Both the position numbers and the translations under genes were made by a program. From an uncultured Eubacteriales bacterium (lineage in GTDB: Bacteria; Bacillota; Clostridia; Christensenellales; Borkfalkiaceae), in assembly GCA_902797945.1 (NCBI GenBank), contig CADBUU010000004.1:1-48418 (forward strand): 48,418 nt of DNA, written 5' to 3'. The first letter of the stretch is position 1, and every line of letters starts with the position of its first letter. Below are positions 37,858 through 46,407 of the stretch, piece by piece. Below the pieces are notes generated by a model, which was given only the letters and a program-made list of their open reading frames with translations, was not told where the DNA came from and ran no database searches.

Positions 37858-37886
37858 CCCTTCCGATTTTCGGAAGGGTATTTTTT
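37858..37886 (+). terminator. Intrinsic terminator after the mini P-loop gene
   Basis: Stem CCCTTCCG/CGGAAGGG with loop ATTTT, followed by TATTTTTT. Confidence 0.85.
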
Positions 37887-37926
37887 ATGATAAAAATGTG
37901 TAAAAAAATAAATGCCTTTAATTTTA

Positions 37927-37955
37927 TTGACTAAAACCGTTAATTTTTATATAAT
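37927..37955 (+). promoter_or_regulatory. Near-consensus sigma-A promoter for the DUF5685 operon
   Basis: TTGACT (37927-37932), 17 nt, TATAAT (37950-37955). Confidence 0.7.
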
Positions 37956-37993
37956 AGATATGTATATTTATAAATTTATTATGGAAAGATATA

Positions 37994-38857
37994 ATGTTTG
38001 GTTACGTTAAACCCGATTTGCCCTACCTTTATCTTAAAGACGACAGATTATATAAGGCGTTATATTGCGGAGTGTGTAAAAATATCGGTTCCTATCTCGG
38101 ACAGAAAGCGAGGATAGGTCTTACCTACGATATAGCTTTTTTGTCGGCGGTAGCGCATAACTTAAAGGGGGTTGACGTCTCGGTAAAAAACGAGAGGTGT
38201 ATAGTTCACCCGATAATAAGTCGGCCTATGGCTTCGAGAGATGAAATAACCGAGGCTTGCGCGGCGGTAAACGTCATTCTCGCATACTATAAGTGCGAAG
38301 ACGACGTTATAGATAGCGGAAAGGGAAAACTGAAAAGGTCGCTTTTTAAAAAGGGCTATCGCCGTTCGACGGGGAAATATTCGGCATACTCCGAAATAGT
38401 CGATAAAAGATACGCCGAACTAAGAGAGGCGGAAAAAAGAGAAGAGGACAGGATAGACGTCGTAAGCGATTGTTTCAGCCTTATGCTCAAAGATATAGGC
38501 GACCTTCTTCTCGGTGAGGATAGAACTGAAGATACGGGCGATTTGTTTTATTTTCTCGGAAAATGGATATATCTTATAGACGCATTGGACGATTACGATA
38601 AAGATATTAAGAAAAAAAATTATAACCCTTTTTATTTTGCGTTCGGAAAGATGGGAAATTTAAAGACTCTCGTAACGGAAAAGGGTAATGAAATAGGATT
38701 GATATTTGCCGACGTTTTTTCGAGGGTAAAGATAGCGAAAGAGGGTTGCAAATGGAAATTCAATCACGATTTGATAGATAATATATTGCTTAAAGGATTG
38801 CCGAATACTACGCTCGGCGTAATAAAGAAAGCGAGCGAAGATAAAAAGGCGAAATGA
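37994..38857 (+). CDS. DUF5685-like protein of unknown function
   Basis: 287 aa. The N-terminus MFGYVKPDLPYLYLKDDRLYKALYCGVCKNIG matches my recollection of the DUF5685 family start (MFGYV.P...Y...YCG.C). The assignment is from memory. Confidence 0.55.
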   Translation: MFGYVKPDLPYLYLKDDRLYKALYCGVCKNIGSYLGQKARIGLTYDIAFLSAVAHNLKGVDVSVKNERCIVHPIISRPMASRDEITEACAAVNVILAYYKCEDDVIDSGKGKLKRSLFKKGYRRSTGKYSAYSEIVDKRYAELREAEKREEDRIDVVSDCFSLMLKDIGDLLLGEDRTEDTGDLFYFLGKWIYLIDALDDYDKDIKKKNYNPFYFAFGKMGNLKTLVTEKGNEIGLIFADVFSRVKIAKEGCKWKFNHDLIDNILLKGLPNTTLGVIKKASEDKKAK

Positions 38858-39486
38858 CGGAGGCTGAAATGGACGAATATTTTAAATTATTGGGATTAAA
38901 CGAAAACTCTACGGAAGAAGAAGCCGAGGCTCACTATCTCGAACTTAAAGCGCTTTACGGAGAACAGCGTTTCACGGAAGGCGAAGTCGGTAACGAGGCG
39001 GCGAAAAAACTTACCGAACTCGAAGCGGCGAGAAGAGATCATCTCGAAAGCGTCAGGGAAAAGAATTTCACTTCGACTGACAGTTCTTACTATGCCGAAA
39101 TAGAAAATCAGATAAAAAAGGGCGACCTTACCGAGGCGCAACGCCTTTTGGACGAGTTTAACGAGAGAAACGCAGAATGGCACTATCTCCAATCGGTCGT
39201 TTTCTATAAAAAGAATTGGACGAACGAAAGTAAAAAACAACTTGAAATTGCGATAGAGATGGACGCAAACAACCAAAAATATAAAAACTCTCTGGATAAA
39301 CTTAACGCCAAAATAAACGATAACGCGAGCAAGACGTTTACCGATTACAGCGGAAACGCCAACGAAAACCGCGCGAGGGCATACGACGAGGGCGAAAGAC
39401 AGATGGGTGGCGACGGTTGTTTCGATTTTTGTTGTCAACTTGCGATTTGCAACGTTTTACTCAACTGCTGTTGTAATTGCAGATAA
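38854..39486 (+). CDS. J-domain-like (no HPD) / helical-repeat protein with a C-terminal cysteine string
   Basis: 210 aa. The ATG overlaps the upstream stop (ATGA). The N-terminal YFKLLGLNENSTEEEAEAHYLELKALYGEQ resembles J-domain helices I-II, but no HPD tripeptide follows. The C-terminus is CFDFCCQLAICNVLLNCCCNCR (9 Cys in 22 aa). Confidence 0.5.
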   Translation: MTEAEMDEYFKLLGLNENSTEEEAEAHYLELKALYGEQRFTEGEVGNEAAKKLTELEAARRDHLESVREKNFTSTDSSYYAEIENQIKKGDLTEAQRLLDEFNERNAEWHYLQSVVFYKKNWTNESKKQLEIAIEMDANNQKYKNSLDKLNAKINDNASKTFTDYSGNANENRARAYDEGERQMGGDGCFDFCCQLAICNVLLNCCCNCR

Positions 39487-40004
39487 TGAAGAAAAGCGTT
39501 CTCATTGCGCTGTCGGCAGTTTCGGCGGCGCTCGCGACCGTTTTTCTCGTCGTCGGAGTGTTTGTTCCAATGTTCGATTATTCGTGCATTTTTATGGCGA
39601 GCGTCTGTATGATGATACCGCTTACAAAAAAGAGCGTGAGGGGAGGGATTCTCGCCTTTATCGCTTCGGCGCTTCTGACGCTTATTTTTTCGTCGGGAAG
39701 GTGGGAAGTGGTTGTAACTTACGCCCTCTTTTTCGGACTTCACCCGACGGTGAATTTTATATTTCGCGAAAGAAAATTTAATAAAGTAATCGCTTTTTTA
39801 ATAAAGGAAATTTGGTTTATAGGCTCTCTTATCATCGTATATTTTCTGTTTGAAAGTTTTTTCGCTTTCGAAACCGAATGGGCGAGAACGTACGCTCTTC
39901 CTATTATCGTGATAGGGGGAGGGCTTTTGTTTTTCGTATACGATTTCATCATGTTCAGATTTCAGAAGATATTGGATATAGCGGTCAAGAGGTTAAAACT
40001 ATAA
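39486..40004 (+). CDS. Hypothetical polytopic membrane protein (~5 TM)
   Basis: 172 aa from the ATG at 39486, which overlaps the upstream TAA (TAATG). The track's TTG at 39477 is less likely. I recognise no family. Confidence 0.5.
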   Translation: MKKSVLIALSAVSAALATVFLVVGVFVPMFDYSCIFMASVCMMIPLTKKSVRGGILAFIASALLTLIFSSGRWEVVVTYALFFGLHPTVNFIFRERKFNKVIAFLIKEIWFIGSLIIVYFLFESFFAFETEWARTYALPIIVIGGGLLFFVYDFIMFRFQKILDIAVKRLKL

Positions 40005-40005
40005 G

Positions 40006-41415
40006 ATGAATAAAAACGATATACTTTCGGGCGTAATTACGAAAATGGGTTCAGGCGGAGAGGGAATAATAAAAGAGGGTGAATATTCCGTATTCGTTCC
40101 TTTTACTTTGCCGGGAGAAAAAGTCAGGTATCAGGTTCTTAAAGTCAAGGGCAAAATAGTTTTCGGAAAAGCGCTTGAAATAATCACGCCGGCGGAAGAG
40201 AGAATAAGGCCGGAATGTAAGGTTTTCGGGAAATGCGGAGGTTGTCAACTTCAACATATAAAATATAAGTCGCAACTTAAATTAAAGACGAAAACCGTCG
40301 TCGATTGTCTTTCTAAAATTGCCTTTTTAGAGCCCGAAGTCGCTTTTTGCGAAAGGAGCGACCTCGAATACGGTTACAGAAATAAACTTCAACTTCCCGT
40401 AAGGGAAAACGCCGTCGGGTATACGGTCGGATTTTTCGCTCCAAACAGCCATAGAGTTATTCCCATAAGGAATTGTCCCATTCAGCCCGAATGGAATTCC
40501 AAGATTATTTCGACGACTCAAAAGTTTATTCGCAATTTTGGCATTTCCGCATATAACGACGAAACGGGTAAAGGTCTTATAAAACACGTCGTCGTAAGAG
40601 ACGTCGGCGGTAAACTTATCGTTACGGTAGTTATTACGGAGAACGACCTTCCGCGAAAGGAAGAATATATCAAACTTTTACAAGAGGATTTCAAAGAGTT
40701 CAGCCTTTACATAAATATAAATAAACTCGGCAACAACGTCATATTCGGTGATAAATTCATACTTTTATACGGTAATGGCAGATATACGACGAAAGAGTTC
40801 GGCATAAAATTCGAGATAGGTCCGGAATCGTTTATGCAGGTAAACGACGGCGTAAGACGGCGCATTTATCAGGAAGTTATGAAGTGTGTAGGCGTCGACG
40901 AAAATACCGTCGTCATCGACGCTTATAGCGGAGCCGGACTTTTGACCGCAATGCTTGCCGAAAAGAGTAAAAAGGCGATAGGAATAGAAATCGTAAAAGA
41001 GGCGGTCGATTGCGCCGAACACTTAAAAATAAAGAACGGGCTTTCCAATATGGAAAATATCTGCGCGCCGTGCGAAGACGTCTTGCCCGAAATAATGAAA
41101 AAAGAAAGACGAGAAAACAATAAATGCGTTCTCGTTCTCGATCCGCCGAGGCAAGGAGTAGAGAGAAATATAATCGAGGCGATAAAGGAGAGCCTTCCCG
41201 ATAAAATTGTATATGTTTCGTGTTCTCCGCAGACTTTATCGAGAGATTTAGGGTTGTTGCTCGGAACTCTTAAAGTTGACGAAAAGGGCGTTACCGTCAA
41301 AAACGACGGAGAGATAAAATCATTATATAAAATTGAAGAAGTCAAGCCCTTCGACCTTTTTCCGCAGACGCGTCACGTCGAGACGGTGGTGTCGCTAATA
41401 AGAGCGGACTTTTGA
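40006..41415 (+). CDS. rlmD: 23S rRNA (uracil-C5)-methyltransferase, RlmD/RumA family
   Basis: 469 aa. It has an N-terminal TRAM domain, Fe-S cysteines CKVFGKCGGCQLQH, SAM motif DAYSGAGLLT, DPPRQG and catalytic-Cys region VYVSCSPQTLSRD. Confidence 0.8.
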   Translation: MNKNDILSGVITKMGSGGEGIIKEGEYSVFVPFTLPGEKVRYQVLKVKGKIVFGKALEIITPAEERIRPECKVFGKCGGCQLQHIKYKSQLKLKTKTVVDCLSKIAFLEPEVAFCERSDLEYGYRNKLQLPVRENAVGYTVGFFAPNSHRVIPIRNCPIQPEWNSKIISTTQKFIRNFGISAYNDETGKGLIKHVVVRDVGGKLIVTVVITENDLPRKEEYIKLLQEDFKEFSLYININKLGNNVIFGDKFILLYGNGRYTTKEFGIKFEIGPESFMQVNDGVRRRIYQEVMKCVGVDENTVVIDAYSGAGLLTAMLAEKSKKAIGIEIVKEAVDCAEHLKIKNGLSNMENICAPCEDVLPEIMKKERRENNKCVLVLDPPRQGVERNIIEAIKESLPDKIVYVSCSPQTLSRDLGLLLGTLKVDEKGVTVKNDGEIKSLYKIEEVKPFDLFPQTRHVETVVSLIRADF

Positions 41416-41467
41416 TATTTAAAGCGGTATAGTAACTTAAAGAAAAAATAGGAGATTGATCAGACGG

Positions 41468-42280
41468 ATGTATAAACAGATGAAACATAAACTTGTCCCA
41501 TTGCTTATTATTTGCTCGTTGATTTTGACTTTTCTTTGTTCTTGCGGACAGGAAAAAGAGGATAATACCGAATATGTCGCAGTCGTGTCCGCAATGGATA
41601 ACGAGATAGACCTTTTAATTAAAGAGGCGGAAATAGACCGAGTGGATAAAATATCCGAGGAAAATTATTACGTCGGGAAACTCAGCGGGAAGCCTGTCGT
41701 AATAGTTAAGTCGGGAATAGGGAAAATACGCGCGGCGTCCGTAATTACAAGTCTTTTCGACAATTATAAAATAAGTAAACTCATTTTTACCGGAATTGCC
41801 GGAGGCGTTGCCGACGAAGTGAAAGTGCTTGACGAGGTCGTTGCAACGAGACTTTTGGAACACGACTACGGGATAATGTCAAACGAAGGATTTGTCTGGC
41901 GTTCGGGCGATCCGGGGTTCGGAAATCAGGATGGCGTATATTATTTTTGCGATAGCGAAATGGTCGAACTCGCATATAGCGCGGCGGTTTCCGTCGTAGG
42001 AGAGGATCGTTCATTTAAGGGAACGATAGCGACGGGCGATCAGTTTATTGCGTCCGAAGAATACGTCGAGCGCCTTAGTCGGGATCACGACGCCTATGCG
42101 TGCGAAATGGAAGGGGCGGCGGTTGCCGTAGTGTGTATAAAATATCGAGTTCCCTTCGTCGTAATAAGAGCGATGTCCGATAAGGCGGACGGAAACGCTC
42201 ACGAGAGTTATGAAAATTTCGGGGATATTGCGGCGAACAATTCGAGCCGAATAGTTATTAAACTGTTGCAATCTCTTTAA
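41468..42280 (+). CDS. mtnN: 5'-methylthioadenosine/S-adenosylhomocysteine nucleosidase homologue with a lipoprotein signal peptide
   Basis: The PNP_UDP_1 fold motifs of MtnN/Pfs are present: VVSAMDNEI, SGIGKIRAA, FTGIAGG, EMEGAAVA and RAMSDKAD. The N-terminus KHKLVPLLIICSLILTFLCSCG is a signal peptide with a lipobox. The start is ambiguous: TTG 41456, ATG 41468 or ATG 41480. Confidence 0.7.
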   Translation: MYKQMKHKLVPLLIICSLILTFLCSCGQEKEDNTEYVAVVSAMDNEIDLLIKEAEIDRVDKISEENYYVGKLSGKPVVIVKSGIGKIRAASVITSLFDNYKISKLIFTGIAGGVADEVKVLDEVVATRLLEHDYGIMSNEGFVWRSGDPGFGNQDGVYYFCDSEMVELAYSAAVSVVGEDRSFKGTIATGDQFIASEEYVERLSRDHDAYACEMEGAAVAVVCIKYRVPFVVIRAMSDKADGNAHESYENFGDIAANNSSRIVIKLLQSL

Positions 42281-42293
42281 AATCAATAGTAAG

Positions 42294-42330
42294 CAGCCTT
42301 GCCGCGTTATTTCGGTAAGGCTGTTTTTCT
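42294..42330 (+). terminator. Intrinsic terminator after mtnN
   Basis: 10-bp stem CAGCCTTGCC/GGTAAGGCTG (one G-U pair), followed by TTTTT. Confidence 0.8.
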
Positions 42331-42349
42331 GAAAATTTTAAGGTTGATT

Positions 42350-43528
42350 TTAAGCGTTTATTATTTCGATTCCGAATTGTTTTATGTTTCTTTTTACCGC
42401 ATGGGCGAAAATATCGTTTGCGAGGACGTCTTTATCGAAACAATCTCTTGCAAGTTTTGAAAGTTCGGATAAATCGTTAACTCTCGTCAAGACGGGGATA
42501 TCGGAATTTGACCGCAGATAGGAGAGAATTTCCTTTTTTTGTCCGTTTACGGCAAGGACGTTCAGATAAGGAGGATTTTCAAGACATTTTTTAAGGATGT
42601 CTTTTTCGATTTTTAAAGCGGACGAAAGAATTATTCTCGAAATTCTCGAATAAGTATACCTCTTCGTTTTAACTTTTTCTTTAAGTTCTTCACACGAAAA
42701 ACAGGTTTTAGCGTAAGATTTTATTCTGTTTTCAAGCCCCTCCGAACAATCGGGGATATTTTTAATATCTTTTTCTGAAGACGAGAGAATAGAGTATAAA
42801 ATAAAGTCGTCTATATTCGGGAGTTTATTGGGCAGATCTTCGTAAACGAAAGAGGGGACTGCGTTTTTTATTTTTTCTTTTCTGTTTTCGGAAATCGCCG
42901 AACGAATAGCAAGCGCCGACGGACGAAAAGAGGTTATCTCTTTTTGATTAAAACCGTCGCCCTCGCGCAAAACGGGATAGATAGAAATATCCGATTTAAG
43001 ATTTAAAATTGCTTTGGTGTATTCCAAACCCAAGAGATTGTTGGGAGAAGAAATAATACCGTCGTCAATATCGCCGTATAAACTTTTGAATGCGTCGGCT
43101 CTCGCCTTGACCTGAGAAAGTCCGCGTTTTAACCCATCTTTTAAAAGAGATTTGAATTTCTGCGTTTCGTCGGATAATATTTTTGCTACCTTTAAAAAAT
43201 TTTGCTTGTCCGCTTTTTCGGCGCCGAAACACAGCGTCTTTTGACCGTTTACGGAGTTTATAAGACTTACCGCTCCTTTTGCGAAAACTTCTGCGTTTGC
43301 GGTCGAAAAAATTACGGGAAGTTCTATTACGGCGTCGGCCCCTGCTAAAACGGCGTGAGACGCCCTCGTATATTTGTCGAGAACGGCGATTTCGCCCCTC
43401 TGCGTAAAATTTCCGCTCATTACGATAACGGTATAGTCGGGGTGTATATCCCTTTTTATTATTTCCATTTGTCGAAGATGTCCGTTATGGAAAGGGTTGT
43501 ATTCAGCGATTACGAAACAAATTTTCAC
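42350..43528 (-). CDS. tmcAL: tRNA(Met) cytidine acetate ligase TmcAL (YlbM/UPF0348 nucleotidyltransferase family)
   Basis: 392 aa with a GTG start and SD GGGAG 8 nt upstream. The N-terminus MKICFVIAEYNPFHNGHLRQ carries the HxGH nucleotidyltransferase motif. Its position near ylbN-rpmF matches the B. subtilis ylbM-ylbN-rpmF arrangement. Confidence 0.75.
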   Translation of the reverse strand: MKICFVIAEYNPFHNGHLRQMEIIKRDIHPDYTVIVMSGNFTQRGEIAVLDKYTRASHAVLAGADAVIELPVIFSTANAEVFAKGAVSLINSVNGQKTLCFGAEKADKQNFLKVAKILSDETQKFKSLLKDGLKRGLSQVKARADAFKSLYGDIDDGIISSPNNLLGLEYTKAILNLKSDISIYPVLREGDGFNQKEITSFRPSALAIRSAISENRKEKIKNAVPSFVYEDLPNKLPNIDDFILYSILSSSEKDIKNIPDCSEGLENRIKSYAKTCFSCEELKEKVKTKRYTYSRISRIILSSALKIEKDILKKCLENPPYLNVLAVNGQKKEILSYLRSNSDIPVLTRVNDLSELSKLARDCFDKDVLANDIFAHAVKRNIKQFGIEIINA

Positions 43529-43547
43529 AAAAGGTGCTCCCGAATGA

Positions 43548-43576
43548 TTGATATTTGTAAATTATTGGTGTATAAT
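43548..43576 (+). promoter_or_regulatory. Sigma-A-type promoter for pta-ackA
   Basis: TTGATA (43548-43553), 17 nt, TATAAT (43571-43576). Confidence 0.65.
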
Positions 43577-43657
43577 TAACTATATATAATATTTTATACT
43601 AACGGCGAAGAAATATCAATCGTTTTTAATAATTTCTTTCCGTTTAAAGGAGTAATA

Positions 43658-44662
43658 ATGACAAAAGTTTTGCAAGATATCAAGAAGAGAGCGTCCGTTC
43701 TCGGCAAGACGATCGTTCTTCCGGAAGGTGAAGACAAGAGAGTCGTAGAGGCTGCCGCCGCTTCCGTAAAAGAGGGAATAGCGAAAATCGTTCTTTTGGG
43801 TGATCCCGACGAGATAAAGAGTAACAATCCCGAAGTCGACCTTATGGGCGTAGAAATAATAAATCCCCAAACTTACGCCAAGACCGAAGAATATGCAAAT
43901 CTTCTTTACGAACTTCGTAAGGAAAAGGGAATGACCGAAGAACTCGCTCACAAGACCGTTCTTTCCGATTATACTATGTATGGAGCGCTTATGCTTAAAA
44001 GCGACGACGTGGACGGAATGGTTTCGGGCGCTTGTCATTCGACGGCGAATACCCTTCGTCCCGGACTTCAAGTCATAAAGACAGCGAAGGGAACGCCTAT
44101 CGTTTCCGCATATTTCCTTATGATCGCGCCGGAGGGCGGAAATAAGTATTGCGAAGACGGCTGTTATATTTACGCCGATTCGGGACTTAACCAAAATCCG
44201 ACGAGCGAGCAACTCGCTTATATTGCGCAGTCTTCCGCAAAAAGCGCTAAGACCATTGCCGGAATAGAGCCGAGAATTGCCTTTATTTCTCATTCTACAA
44301 AGGGATCGGCAAAGCACCCCGACGTAGATAAAGTCGTTGCGGCGGTCGAAAAATTCCATGAAATAGAACCCGACGTTTTAGCGGACGGCGAACTTCAATT
44401 CGACGCCGCGATAGTTCCGGAAGTCGGAGCGAGCAAAGCGCCCGGATCGAAAGTCGCGGGGCACGCCAACGTGTTTATATTCCCCGATCTCGACGCCGGA
44501 AATTCCAACTATAAAAACACCGAGAGATTGGGAGGATTTCAGGCTGTAGGTCCTCTTTGTCAAGGACTTGCGAAACCCATAAACGATCTTTCGCGCGGTT
44601 GTCATACCGAAGATATAGTCGCGGCGGTCGCTATAACGGCGCTTCAGACTCAAGTAAAATAA
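43658..44662 (+). CDS. pta: Phosphate acetyltransferase
   Basis: 334 aa with SD AAGGAG. IVLPEGEDKRVVEAA, MVSGACHSTANTLRP and PINDLSRGC are typical of short-form Pta. Confidence 0.95.
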   Translation: MTKVLQDIKKRASVLGKTIVLPEGEDKRVVEAAAASVKEGIAKIVLLGDPDEIKSNNPEVDLMGVEIINPQTYAKTEEYANLLYELRKEKGMTEELAHKTVLSDYTMYGALMLKSDDVDGMVSGACHSTANTLRPGLQVIKTAKGTPIVSAYFLMIAPEGGNKYCEDGCYIYADSGLNQNPTSEQLAYIAQSSAKSAKTIAGIEPRIAFISHSTKGSAKHPDVDKVVAAVEKFHEIEPDVLADGELQFDAAIVPEVGASKAPGSKVAGHANVFIFPDLDAGNSNYKNTERLGGFQAVGPLCQGLAKPINDLSRGCHTEDIVAAVAITALQTQVK

Positions 44663-44677
44663 TAAGGGGAGAGAAAA

Positions 44678-45874
44678 ATGAAAGTTTTAGTAATAAATGC
44701 GGGAAGTTCCTCGCTTAAATATCAACTTATAGATATGGATACCGAAAAGGCAATCGCAAAGGGCGGCTGCGAAAGAATAGGGCTTGACGGTTCTTTTTGC
44801 AAGCATAAGGCAAAGGGCGTAGAAAAAGTAATAAACGCGCCGATGCCCACGCATAAAGAGGCTATTCAAGTCGTTTTGGACGCTCTCGTAGATAAAGACT
44901 ACGGCGCTATAAGTTCAATGAAGGAAATCGACGCCGTAGGACACAGAATAGTTCACAGCGGCGAAGCGTTCAATAGTTCTGTTCTTCTTACCGACGAAAA
45001 TATGGCGGTAATCGAAAGTCTTTCGGAACTTGCTCCATTGCATCAACCTGCGAACGTTATCGGAGTCAAGGCTTGTAAGGCAATAATGCCGGACGTTCCT
45101 ATGGTCGGCGTATTCGATACGGCTTTCCATTCAACGATGCCCGAAAAGGCGTATATCTACGGTATTCCATACGAAGCGTATACCGAACATAAGGTAAGAA
45201 GATACGGATTCCACGGAACGAGCCATAAATTCGTTTCGGAAGAAGCGGCGAAATATCTCGGAAGAGAAAACGATCCCGAATTCAAAGTCGTAACAATGCA
45301 CCTCGGAAACGGCTCGTCGATTTCGGCTGTAAAAGGCGGAAAGAGTATGGATACTTCGATGAGTTTTACTCCGCTCGGCGGCGTTCCGATGGGAACGAGA
45401 TCGGGCGATCTCGATCCGGCGATAGTCGAATTTCTTGCAAACAAATATAATATGACTCTTTCCGAAACGCTTACTTATCTCAATAAAAAATCGGGCGTAA
45501 GCGGGCTTAGCGGCGTATCTTCCGATTTCAGAGATTTGTCAGACGCGGCGAAAAAGGGCAATCACAGAGCGGCGCTTGCTCTCGACGTGTTTACTTACAG
45601 TTGTAAAAAATATCTCGGCGCATACGTTGCAGCTCTCGGCGGAGCGGACTGCGTGGTATTTACGGCGGGTATCGGCGAACATGACGGCAAGGTAAGGGCA
45701 GCGATAGCCGAAAATATGGAGTATATGGGACTTAAAATAGACGAGGCGAAAAATGCGAATATCGGCGACGGTATTGCGGATATAAGCGCTGCCGATTCCA
45801 AGGTAAAAGTCCTCGTTATCCCCACCAACGAAGAATTGGTCATCGCAAGAGATACTTTAAGACTTGCAAAATAA
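44678..45874 (+). CDS. ackA: Acetate kinase
   Basis: 398 aa with SD GGGGAG. MKVLVINAGSSSLKYQL, VGHRIVHSG, RRYGFHGTSH and FTAGIGE are present. Confidence 0.97.
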   Translation: MKVLVINAGSSSLKYQLIDMDTEKAIAKGGCERIGLDGSFCKHKAKGVEKVINAPMPTHKEAIQVVLDALVDKDYGAISSMKEIDAVGHRIVHSGEAFNSSVLLTDENMAVIESLSELAPLHQPANVIGVKACKAIMPDVPMVGVFDTAFHSTMPEKAYIYGIPYEAYTEHKVRRYGFHGTSHKFVSEEAAKYLGRENDPEFKVVTMHLGNGSSISAVKGGKSMDTSMSFTPLGGVPMGTRSGDLDPAIVEFLANKYNMTLSETLTYLNKKSGVSGLSGVSSDFRDLSDAAKKGNHRAALALDVFTYSCKKYLGAYVAALGGADCVVFTAGIGEHDGKVRAAIAENMEYMGLKIDEAKNANIGDGIADISAADSKVKVLVIPTNEELVIARDTLRLAK

Positions 45875-45903
45875 AATAAAAACGTAAAACACATTAAAAA
45901 ACA

Positions 45904-45932
45904 TTGACAAGATTATAAAATTTTTGTATAAT
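45904..45932 (+). promoter_or_regulatory. Consensus sigma-A promoter for ylbN-rpmF
   Basis: TTGACA (45904-45909), 17 nt, TATAAT (45927-45932). The ATG at 45946 lies only ~7 nt from the expected TSS. Confidence 0.75.
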
Positions 45933-45945
45933 TTATAGGCTGATT

Positions 45946-46392
45946 ATGGTTATCGACGTAAAAAAACTCAAATTCAGCGGTAAAGAAGAGTGTTCTTTTC
46001 ATTTTGAAGAGAAATTCGACGACGGGTTGATCACTTTACCCGACGCAAAATTTTTAACTCCCGTATCCGTAACGGGAACTCTTACGCTTGGCGGTAACGA
46101 GGTCTACGCGGAAGGAGAGATAGAATATTCCGTAGAGGGAGCATGTTCTCGCTGCGCGGAAAGCGCCGTTTTCCAAAAAGTGATAACTTTCGACGAGGTC
46201 TATTCGGATTCGGAAGAAGCCGATCCCGATAAATATTCCTTTGCCAAAGGTCTTGTGGACCTTTCGGAAATGGTAAAGGAAAAGATCGTCTTGTCTATGC
46301 CGTTTGCTATTTTTTGCAAAGACGACTGTAAAGGGCTTTGCCCCGTATGCGGAGCAAATCTTAATATTACGAAATGCAAATGTAAAGAATAA
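45946..46392 (+). CDS. DUF177 (YceD/YlbN) family protein
   Basis: 148 aa. It sits immediately upstream of rpmF, as is universal for this family. The C-terminal Cys motif is CKDDCKGLCPVCGANLN. Confidence 0.8.
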   Translation: MVIDVKKLKFSGKEECSFHFEEKFDDGLITLPDAKFLTPVSVTGTLTLGGNEVYAEGEIEYSVEGACSRCAESAVFQKVITFDEVYSDSEEADPDKYSFAKGLVDLSEMVKEKIVLSMPFAIFCKDDCKGLCPVCGANLNITKCKCKE

Positions 46393-46407
46393 GGTAGGTG
46401 AATATAA

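Noticed and set aside
43577-43657. Possible CcpA cre site or T-box/riboswitch in the pta leader and other 5' UTRs (secD 7094-7205, rpsO 15530-15644).
   Set aside because: I could find no match to the cre consensus TGWAANCGNTNWCA and no conserved riboswitch cores. The leaders contain only short generic hairpins. An S15 autoregulatory fold in the rpsO leader remains possible but is unsupported.
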